Assembly (NCBI GenBank): GCA_019057795.1
Contig: JAHLWS010000065.1
Span: 32,001 to 96,000, forward strand
Reading direction: 5' to 3'
DNA length: 64,000 bases
DNA from: Promethearchaeota archaeon
Lineage (GTDB): Archaea; Asgardarchaeota; Lokiarchaeia; Sigyniarchaeales; SOKP01
This document shows positions 21,397 to 30,063 of the stretch, one piece after another. The notes under the pieces were generated by a model. The model worked only from the letters and a program-made list of their open reading frames with translations. It was not told the origin of the DNA and searched no databases. The position numbers were made by a program, and so were the translations under genes. Position 1 is the first letter of the stretch. The number at the start of each line of letters is the position of its first letter.

Positions 21397-22545
21397 TTAT
21401 AAATACAATTGAAAGTTTTTTTCCACGATTTCTTTTACGCCGCTGAATTCTGAAACGTTAATTAACCGATTTATATCTTGAAGATCGGTTAGCTCATCCT
21501 CATATTTTCTTTTAAATTCAATCGAAAAGTTTTGCATAAGGTCTTCTATTATACTATTTTTTTTATTAGTGATAACTACTAAAGCAAAACCATAGTCAAT
21601 TTCATACCTAACCACAATATCAGAGTTTTTTGTTTGGATAACATCAATTTTATTTTTTTTGCCAACAAACTCGCTTAGAATATGATTTAGACCTATAAGG
21701 ATATTCCCCCAGATGGGTGATTCATCTTTACTATCTAATTTTTTATCGAAATTAAAAGAATATAATAAGATACCTGATTTGTGATAAATGTTAATTGAGT
21801 AAATTCTATTTGGTAAAACGAAAAACATCTCTGGTTTTTTAATTAACATGATATTGACGGCAAAGTTTGTTATCCAAATAAGAGTTATGTATAACTCTCT
21901 ATAGACGGTCTGTTGTAATATTACGTAATAAATATTCATTAATATAGGAATCGTAAAAACAATGGTATTTAATATTAAAGGCAAACTTTCTTCCTTTTTT
22001 TTTGATCTGATATTAATTATTGAAGCAATATAAAGATAATAACTCGTAATTAAACTTTGAAATAATATAATTATTGCTCCAGTTATAAAGTTAAAGCGAA
22101 AATTAATTATAGCAGGATCTATAACTGAAAACGACGAAGGAGGGGGGATACTAAGAGTTAATTCGATTGAATCAGGAGCTATTAAAGCCCCAATCAACAT
22201 GCCAATAAGGAGCGTGTAGTATAAAAATGGAAAGGGTTTTATTTTTTTATATTCATTAAAAAATGAATATATGAATGAAGCTATCATTAATGAAATAACC
22301 CCGGCAATAATTGATAGTTTCCAAAATAAAATGTTGATTTCATAACTAATGAAAAAAGTAACTGAAAAGACGAATAATGTTGAATAAATAACACCCGCGG
22401 TAAGAACTGTTGCCGCAAGCAAAAATGCTATTAATTCCGTTCCATATTTCTTTCGATATCGGATGATGTGAATTATTGTTATAATACTTAAACATAATAT
22501 AATAATATAGCCAATGATGAGCGATATGGAAGTAGTATAATTCAT
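21397..22545 (-). CDS. Multi-pass (about 7 TM) membrane protein with C-terminal longin-like domain
   Basis: About 7 hydrophobic helices, then IYSINIYHKSGILLYSFNF...F..KY...INVSEF. Confidence 0.7.
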   Translation of the reverse strand: MNYTTSISLIIGYIIILCLSIITIIHIIRYRKKYGTELIAFLLAATVLTAGVIYSTLFVFSVTFFISYEINILFWKLSIIAGVISLMIASFIYSFFNEYKKIKPFPFLYYTLLIGMLIGALIAPDSIELTLSIPPPSSFSVIDPAIINFRFNFITGAIIILFQSLITSYYLYIASIINIRSKKKEESLPLILNTIVFTIPILMNIYYVILQQTVYRELYITLIWITNFAVNIMLIKKPEMFFVLPNRIYSINIYHKSGILLYSFNFDKKLDSKDESPIWGNILIGLNHILSEFVGKKNKIDVIQTKNSDIVVRYEIDYGFALVVITNKKNSIIEDLMQNFSIEFKRKYEDELTDLQDINRLINVSEFSGVKEIVEKNFQLYL

Positions 22546-22736
22546 AATTTATAATGGTTTAAAATTCAAACGAGAAAAACTATGAGATTTCTTGGAAATA
22601 TCAAAAAATATTCTTATAAATAGAGAAGAATTATTGATTTTTAAGAATTACTGAAGGTTTTTCTAAAAAAATGTGAGAAAATCTTTTAAAAATGTAAATT
22701 ACGATACAATTCTACGTAGAAATGTAGGTGCTTTAC

Positions 22737-23837
22737 TTATTTTCCAGTTAAATAATGGCTAAAATATTCTTCGATTAAATCGTTAGCATTTTTAAAAGTT
22801 GATACATCAATTAAGCCACCTAGCTTTTTTAAGTTATCTTTATTGATTTCGGCAAATTTCTTCGTAAAATTATCTACTGCGTTTTCGAGAATTTTATTTT
22901 TGTGTTTTGCGATTAGTAAAACTGCGTAACCTAATTGGTTGTTATAGTTAAAAACAATTGCTCGATCGCTCATCTTAATAAGGGTTATCTGATCTTCTAC
23001 ATTTGACAAATTAGCTAAAATGTGATTAATTCCAATTAGTATGCTCCCTTTTAGAAGCGTTTCATCAATTTCTGATTGTTTTTCGAAATTAAAAGAATAT
23101 AGTAAGATGCCAGACTTATGGAAAATAATAAAATCGTATATTTTATTAGTGAAAACTACAAATAAATCTGGTCTCTTAACTGCAAGAAAGATTACAAATC
23201 CCATAAAAATAATGTAAAACATTTGATGTAGAATTTTAAAAAATGAATTTAAAGTTAATATATAGAGTGTATACCATAAAATTTTTAAGCTTAAGAGAAA
23301 TACAAAAAAGAAATAGAAATTACCTAACTTTCTGTCGTTAAAATCCTTGTATCCTTTTATTTGTGTAATCCAGGAAATAACTACAATAAAAACATTGAAT
23401 GTAACAATCGAAATTAATAAGGGAAGGTTACTGAAAAAGTAGGAGAACTCAAATCCAGTCTGGGTAACTAAAAACGAAACGGGATTGAACAATAAGCTAA
23501 GGATAATCCCTCCTATTAAGATGGATATCATAACAGGTAAAAATCTAACTCGGCTAGATTTGTTTAATTCCGTACTATGAACAGCAGACCATATCCCATT
23601 TGATATTATTCTAGCAAAAATTGATATATTCCATAATATCAAGGCTGAATTTATATCAAAAAAGGTTTCGACTGATAGATTAAATAAAATGAAGTAAATA
23701 CTTTCACTGACGAAATATAACATAATTACAATAAAAAAATCTACTTCAGGCTTGTAATCTTCTCTGTGAAATAATATGTAAATTATACCAATAGAAAATA
23801 TCGTAAAGTAAACAGTAATAAATATACTTGCAATCAT
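22737..23837 (-). CDS. Multi-pass (about 7 TM) membrane protein with longin-like domain, tandem paralog
   Basis: Same architecture; shares FHKSGILLYSFNF and ILIGINHIL. Confidence 0.7.
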   Translation of the reverse strand: MIASIFITVYFTIFSIGIIYILFHREDYKPEVDFFIVIMLYFVSESIYFILFNLSVETFFDINSALILWNISIFARIISNGIWSAVHSTELNKSSRVRFLPVMISILIGGIILSLLFNPVSFLVTQTGFEFSYFFSNLPLLISIVTFNVFIVVISWITQIKGYKDFNDRKLGNFYFFFVFLLSLKILWYTLYILTLNSFFKILHQMFYIIFMGFVIFLAVKRPDLFVVFTNKIYDFIIFHKSGILLYSFNFEKQSEIDETLLKGSILIGINHILANLSNVEDQITLIKMSDRAIVFNYNNQLGYAVLLIAKHKNKILENAVDNFTKKFAEINKDNLKKLGGLIDVSTFKNANDLIEEYFSHYLTGK

Positions 23838-24066
23838 TAATTTTAACGGATTTCTTTATTATTTTTAATTTCTTCCTTTTTGTATCAAAGAAGATATTGA
23901 ATAATTTTATATAAATATTGGTTCAACAACCTATAAGAAGTTTTATGTGAATAGTGATCTCCATAATTTTAAAGAACTCTAATTAAATATAAAACTTTAT
24001 TCTGGTTAAATAGAAATTTAATTTGATAAAACATAATTTGATTTATAATACCTAAAACCGAACTTT

Positions 24067-25983
24067 ATGAGCGATTTTCAAAAATTCCTAATAGATAAGG
24101 GAATAATTTCAGACTTAATAACACGATATGGAATCGATTTAATAGATAAAGAAATAAACGATTTCATCAATAAAATGGTCGAAGATTTAACTAAGATTGA
24201 ATCGAAAGAAATTCATGATAATAAACAAGGGGATGATCACAGTTTTGATTTGGATATCCTAGCTAAATCTTACGAAAAGATTATTCCCCATTCCCAAAGA
24301 AAAACAATGGGTGAGTTTTTTACCCCCATTCAAATAGTTAATTACATACTAAAGAGAGTGGGGTATATAGAACAGCAAGATATTGAAAATAAAAAATTAA
24401 TAGATTTAAGTTGTGGTTCAGGGAGTTTTTTAATTAAAGCTGTAAAGGTTCTCTTAGAAAAATTAAGAAAGCAAATTAAATCGAAAGAGAACTCAGAGTT
24501 AACTCCTAAACAAGCTGAAGAAATTATCAACAAAATTAAAGTAAATATCTCTGGCATTGATATAAATCCAATGGCTTGTATATTATGCCAAATCAACTTT
24601 TATTATACACTTTTCGAACTCATAAAAATTATTTTAGAAACAAATAAAGATTACCAAATACCCGTATTTAATATTTTCAATAAAGATACTCTTCAATTTA
24701 ATTTTAATAATAAATACGACTATGTAGTTGGAAATCCCCCATATTTATTTATTCGAGCGATTCCACATGATTATAGAAAATTAATTGAAAAACTCCCATT
24801 GGAAACAAATAAGGGTCAATATGACTACTATCAACTGTTTATCGAAATAGGAATTCAAATATTAAAGCAAAATGGTTTACTTGGTTATATAATCCCTGAT
24901 TCTTTGCTCGTGTTATCAAATCGTAAAATACTTAGAAAATATATATACAACTCAACTAAGATAAAGGAGATTTATTATAGCGGCCCGCAATTCGATGAAC
25001 CAGTCGTTTCAAATATTATTCTTGTTTTAGAAAAAGAATCAGATGAAATAAAGAGGAAAAATAATCAAATCATATTAAAATTTCCATTAGAGCAATCTCA
25101 AGATGATAATACAATTCTTCAAAATGTAATTGAAAAATGGAATTATCGATTTCTAATTAATTTAAATGACCAGGATAGAGAAATTATCGAGTTTTTGAAC
25201 ATAAATTTTCCTGAATTAAATGATTTAAGTGTTAATCCAAATTTTAGAATAGATATATGGAGGGGCGTTGAATTAGGCAAAAATGGAAAGGTTATATTCT
25301 GTAATATTTGTAATAAATATTTTCCTCTTCCAAAAAATAATTATATATGCAAAGAATGTAAATCAGAATTAAGCAATGATTCTATAGAAAGTATAATAAT
25401 AAAAAGTATAAAAGGCGATTTAAAAAAAAATTATAAACCATTTCTCTATTCTATTAATCGATATCAAGTAAAGGAATTAAAATATATTAATACAACTAAA
25501 CAAGGCATTAATTACAAGGAGTTAAATCGCTACGAAAATCGCGTAATAGTAAGACAATTAGCACAAAATAGCTTAATATGTGCTACTTATGATAAGGATT
25601 CATTGACTTCGCAATCGCTTTACAATATAAAAATACTTAAATCACCTATTACAGAATTTAATAATTATTACCTTCTAGGGCTTTTAAATTCGCAATTATT
25701 AGCGTTTTACTTTATTAAATCATTTGGCTCTTATAAAAAACTATTCCCAAGGATTCTTATAGAGAATTTAAAAAGTATGCCTATAGTAGTTCCTGAAATC
25801 GACATTGAAAAGAAATTTTCAAGAGAAATTATAATACTCGTCAAAACCATCTTGAAATTAGATAAATTTGATACAGAACACTATACTAGTTTACAAAATA
25901 AAATTAATTCACTTGTTTTTGATCTCTATCGTATAACAAATGAGCAACGCAATTATATATCTGATGTTTTGAAGAATTTATGA
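24067..25983 (+). CDS. N6-adenine DNA methyltransferase (gamma class, TaqI/Eco57I-like)
   Basis: GEFFTP, DLSCGSGSF and VVGNPPY motifs; C-terminal YLLGLLNS target-recognition region with a Cys4 insert. Confidence 0.9.
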   Translation: MSDFQKFLIDKGIISDLITRYGIDLIDKEINDFINKMVEDLTKIESKEIHDNKQGDDHSFDLDILAKSYEKIIPHSQRKTMGEFFTPIQIVNYILKRVGYIEQQDIENKKLIDLSCGSGSFLIKAVKVLLEKLRKQIKSKENSELTPKQAEEIINKIKVNISGIDINPMACILCQINFYYTLFELIKIILETNKDYQIPVFNIFNKDTLQFNFNNKYDYVVGNPPYLFIRAIPHDYRKLIEKLPLETNKGQYDYYQLFIEIGIQILKQNGLLGYIIPDSLLVLSNRKILRKYIYNSTKIKEIYYSGPQFDEPVVSNIILVLEKESDEIKRKNNQIILKFPLEQSQDDNTILQNVIEKWNYRFLINLNDQDREIIEFLNINFPELNDLSVNPNFRIDIWRGVELGKNGKVIFCNICNKYFPLPKNNYICKECKSELSNDSIESIIIKSIKGDLKKNYKPFLYSINRYQVKELKYINTTKQGINYKELNRYENRVIVRQLAQNSLICATYDKDSLTSQSLYNIKILKSPITEFNNYYLLGLLNSQLLAFYFIKSFGSYKKLFPRILIENLKSMPIVVPEIDIEKKFSREIIILVKTILKLDKFDTEHYTSLQNKINSLVFDLYRITNEQRNYISDVLKNL

Positions 25984-26043
25984 TCGTTCAAGCTTCTATA
26001 AAATTTGATAGATATTTGAAATGAGTAATTAAGAAAATTAATA

Positions 26044-26208
26044 TTAAACTAATTCTCTTTTTGCTACATAATTTTTTAGAATTCTGTCCCATTTTTCGGC
26101 TAATTCTGTTAGTCCGGTTTTTTTAAAGAGATCAACAGCTCTAAATAACATTTTTTCAATTTGCTTTTCTTCAATCAAGTCGTTTTTCAAATGTATATTG
26201 TCTATCAT
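26044..26208 (-). CDS. Small helical protein, paralog of 26338..26490
   Basis: MIDNIHLK...IEKMLFRAVDLFKKTGLTELAEKWDRILKNY. Confidence 0.55.
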   Translation of the reverse strand: MIDNIHLKNDLIEEKQIEKMLFRAVDLFKKTGLTELAEKWDRILKNYVAKRELV

Positions 26209-26337
26209 AAAATATAGAAGAAACATTTCGAATAAAAAGAAGAATAATATTGTGATATAACTATAAAAATATTGTTTTTGGAATAAAACGAGAGAACTTC
26301 CTTAAGAATCGACAAAAAGTAATTCTGAACCGTTTAA

Positions 26338-26490
26338 TTATTTTCGTAATGTTTTTGCTTTGTCGTAGTTCTTTAGAACTTGTTCTCCTTTTTTTGCTAG
26401 GTTAGTAAGATCTGTTTGTTTGCAGAGGGAAACTATGCGACCTAGAATTTTTGCTATGTTTTCCTCGTGCTTTAAAAAATTTTCTTCCAT
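26338..26490 (-). CDS. Small helical protein (50 aa), not in the ORF track
   Basis: MEENFLKHEENIAKILGRIVSLCKQTDLTNLAKKGEQVLKNYDKAKTLRK aligns with the adjacent small ORF. Confidence 0.6.
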   Translation of the reverse strand: MEENFLKHEENIAKILGRIVSLCKQTDLTNLAKKGEQVLKNYDKAKTLRK

Positions 26491-26665
26491 TCTACAGAAA
26501 TCAATACAAATTTAGAAATAAATAGGTTTATGTTATGGAGATAATCAGAGTTTAAAAATTACTTGAGTTTTAATTTCAATTGCGGGTAAATATCGTTTTA
26601 CAATTTTCTAATAGCTATATTTATATCTTTTAAAACTAATATATTTTTAAGAAAACCCAACAAAG

Positions 26666-27652
26666 TTGAATTCTATGGAAGGTTTGCCCAATATCGATTT
26701 AATTCAATCCTTATTAGAAAACTACATGTTCGATGTAGATGGTGCCGCAGCGGTGACAATTTGTGATAGAGACGGTTTTATTATCGCTTCAGAAAGTAAA
26801 GAGAAAGGAAGTCACGAATCAACTTTAGTAATTGGAGCAATTTCAGCATTTCTTGATATTTATATTGATAGAATTAAAAGTGAATATAAAACCCAGAGCA
26901 ATTTTTTTAATATAACCTCAATGCAAGATAAAAAATTTGCTTATTGTTCCATGGGACCACATTGTATATTAACTACGATCGCTGATCCAACTACATCAAA
27001 TACAGAACTAAGGATTTATTCGGAATATATTGCCAGTAAGGTTGAACTGATTCTTGATGGTTTCGATAATGTGTCTACAGATATACCCGAAATTATCCGC
27101 GTTTTATCAAAAAGAAGAGAAGGTAAGCTACCGAAGGGTGAATTTACGGCAAAACTCCTTCTAACTGGCGATTTTAAAGTTGGAAAAACTTCTTTAATTA
27201 AGAGATTTGTCGAAAATGTATTCAGTGAAACATATATCTCAACGATTGGCGTTGAGATTTCTAAGAAATCCATTGTAATGGACGAAGATACAAGCATTAA
27301 CTTCGTCCTCTGGGATATTGGAGGTCAAATAGGCTCAATGACACCTTATAGACGAAGATTTTACGAAGGGGCAAGCGCAGCTTTTATAGTGATTGACAGA
27401 ACCCGTCCAAATAATTTAGAAAGCGTTAAGAAATGGTATGAGGACATAAAAACTTCTGTATCGAAAAGTATACCCGTTGTGATAGTTGGAAATAAATCGG
27501 ATTTACTAGAAGAGATAGTAATTAGCGAAGACGAGATAAAGGTTGTTGCTAAACAACTAGGTTTTCACCACATTTTGACTTCTGCTCGAACAGGTGAAAA
27601 TGTCAACGAGGCTTTCCTTTATATTGCCTACAGAGATATTGAGAAAGCGTAG
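26666..27652 (+). CDS. Roadblock/LC7 domain fused to a Rab-like small GTPase
   Basis: N-terminal AAAVTICDRDGFIIAS; G-boxes GDFKVGKT, WDIGGQ, NKSD and TSA. Confidence 0.9.
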   Translation: MNSMEGLPNIDLIQSLLENYMFDVDGAAAVTICDRDGFIIASESKEKGSHESTLVIGAISAFLDIYIDRIKSEYKTQSNFFNITSMQDKKFAYCSMGPHCILTTIADPTTSNTELRIYSEYIASKVELILDGFDNVSTDIPEIIRVLSKRREGKLPKGEFTAKLLLTGDFKVGKTSLIKRFVENVFSETYISTIGVEISKKSIVMDEDTSINFVLWDIGGQIGSMTPYRRRFYEGASAAFIVIDRTRPNNLESVKKWYEDIKTSVSKSIPVVIVGNKSDLLEEIVISEDEIKVVAKQLGFHHILTSARTGENVNEAFLYIAYRDIEKA

Positions 27653-27762
27653 ATTAATCGATAGAAACTTTTTTAATTCTCATATATATTCTTATTATTG
27701 TAAGATTAGCATCAAGTTTGTTAAATATTTGTATAGAAATAAATAAAGGAGGTTATAAAAAA

Positions 27763-28689
27763 ATAGTATTAAAGGTTTTATTCAACGACATTTTGGCGAC
27801 TTGAAATCAATCAGGCTATTTAATGGGATTTTCGATAAAAGAATTGACATATCAGGGAAAATATTTGCTCTTTTTGACAGAACAGCAGTTTGCCGGGCCA
27901 TGGTTCAGTTTTAAATTGATAGGCAAAAAAGTGGGCACTATTCCTGTTGTGTTGAAAAATATTGAACCAACGCCGATCTATAAAATGGTAAACAGTCGGA
28001 CGGGAACTGTGATCGACCGTATAACGCTAGATTTTGACATAAAAGAATACTTAAAAAAATTAATAAGAGAAAAGAAAATTCAACCGATTAGATTTAAAAA
28101 AGAAAATTCTTCGATTCGGTTATATATTGACGTCTTTAATCGTCCAAAAGTTCCTTATGTCAACACATTTTTCACATTAAAGAATATTTCCGATTTCAGC
28201 TTAATTGACTTCTCAATGTACTTTGTGTTTGACTTTGATATCAACGGATTAGAAGGTTTCGATAACGACTTATCTGGTTATGACGAAGAAAACGACATAC
28301 TTTACCAATACGATCATACAGGTTTATATGGTGGCTTCTCTCCTATATCAAAATCGACGAATTACGAAACTTGTTTAACGAAAGACTTTGAAATTAATAA
28401 CGAAAGATTGAATCTGTCAAATACTTTATATGGAGAGGCTGGAGAAATCTTATCGGCTTTGCAAATTGAGTTCAAAACTTTAAAGCCAGACCAATCGTTT
28501 CAGACTGCTTTAATTATTTCTGGAGCTTTAAGCAAAGAAGAATTAATTGAAAACATTAACGAAGGCAAAACCAATGCGATGAAATTTTTGTCGCAAGTAA
28601 ACAGATCAGTAAAATCAGAGCAAAGAAACAGACAAGAAGAAGCTTTCATTAAAATCAATCTCCAAAAATCAGTTGATTGTAATGAATAA
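27763..28689 (+). CDS. Uncharacterised beta-rich protein; candidate selenoprotein (in-frame TGA at 27802-27804)
   Basis: ORF 27823..28689 extends upstream in frame through a single TGA to a GGAGG (27748) / ATA (27763) start; SECIS-like hairpin in the 3' UTR. The coding call for 27823..28689 is firm; the extension is inferred. Confidence 0.55.
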
Positions 28690-28765
28690 GTCCTATTTAA
28701 TGATTCAAATAAAAAAGTCCAATTAGGGAAGTTATTTGATGAATGCTCCGCGAGAGTTGGGATTT
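28690..28765 (+). promoter_or_regulatory. Putative eukaryote-like SECIS element
   Basis: AUGA-U core (28700-28704), 8-bp stem UCAAAUAA/UUAUUUGA, apical AAAA plus mini-stem UCC/GGA, 3' U-GA-A core, lower stem UCCUA/UGGGA. Confidence 0.55.
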
Positions 28766-28827
28766 ACTATAATTAAATTATTGATTATAGAATTTATTTA
28801 AGGATAGATATGCGATGTTTGACTATA

Positions 28828-29922
28828 TCAATTATTACTTTGCTCAAACTCAAATTTACTATAATTTACAGTAAATTTTTTACCTTCTTCGCTATAATTT
28901 TTTATGGAAAATAATAAAATTTCAATTTCTTGTTTTGTAATAACCGGAAACTTATAATTTTTCGCTTGATATTTAGGTTCCTTTCCTGATTTCTTATATT
29001 TTTCTATAAATTCAATATGACTTTTAATTCGGTTATTGTTAATCGATTGAGTAGTATTTTTTAGTTCTTTCAGATTAAGTTTAAAGCCTTCCAAAAATTC
29101 AGAATTAATCTCGTACCCTATAGAATTTCTCCTAGAAACCATCGCAGCGAGAGTCGTTGTACCTGTCCCCCAAAAAGGATCTAAAACTATGTCTCCATAA
29201 ATAGAAAACATATTGATCAATCTATATGGCAATTTTAGGGGAAAAGCTGCTGATCTTTCTCTTATTTTTTTTTTATTTCCATTTTGATTATTCAATTTTT
29301 GGGACATCCCTCTAATATCTACCCACAAATCTGAAAACCATTTATTTCTTTCTTCCCAAAAATAAGCACTATTATATCTATGCTCAAACCCAGGAGGTAG
29401 CTTCCTTTTTTTATCCCCTTTTCTAAAAATTAATACATACTCGTGTTCAAGGGTTATATATGCATTTGTTGGCAACATACCTGATCCTAAGAATTTATTA
29501 GGACTATTTGTTGGTTTTCGCCATAGAATGCATGGTAAAACTATAAATCCATTGTTTTGAAAAAAAGTAGTTATTCTAACATGGTTAGCAAATAGTTGAA
29601 AACTTTTATTAATATTTCTTGTAGCATCTCCAACATTAATACATACAATTCCCCCCGGTTTTACCACTCTCACAACTTCATTCCAAATCTTTTCTAATTC
29701 TTCATGCATAAGATTAAAAGCGCTATTACCGTCTCCCTTTTGAAGATATTGTTGGATATTTTCGTTTAGCGTTGAAAATAATGCATCCCACATTTCTATC
29801 ATGGGGTAAGGGGGAGAAGTTATTACCAAATCAACTGTGTCTGATTTTACTTCGCTCATATCAGAAGAATTCTTAAAAAAAAATTTGTGAATAGTTTCCA
29901 TTATCAAATTATTAGTCTTCAA
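28828..29922 (-). CDS. N4-cytosine (beta class) DNA methyltransferase
   Basis: TSPPY precedes DPFWGTGTT. Confidence 0.9.
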   Translation of the reverse strand: MKTNNLIMETIHKFFFKNSSDMSEVKSDTVDLVITSPPYPMIEMWDALFSTLNENIQQYLQKGDGNSAFNLMHEELEKIWNEVVRVVKPGGIVCINVGDATRNINKSFQLFANHVRITTFFQNNGFIVLPCILWRKPTNSPNKFLGSGMLPTNAYITLEHEYVLIFRKGDKKRKLPPGFEHRYNSAYFWEERNKWFSDLWVDIRGMSQKLNNQNGNKKKIRERSAAFPLKLPYRLINMFSIYGDIVLDPFWGTGTTTLAAMVSRRNSIGYEINSEFLEGFKLNLKELKNTTQSINNNRIKSHIEFIEKYKKSGKEPKYQAKNYKFPVITKQEIEILLFSIKNYSEEGKKFTVNYSKFEFEQSNN

Positions 29923-30063
29923 TATGCATTTTGTTGCTTATAATTAGCTCTTCGGACTTATTAAAACTTTTAATTAATGAATATTTGTCATTTTCCTTTT
30001 TTTTTTAATTTATATATATAATTATACTACTTATAGTGTAATATATTACTTGCATATAAATAA

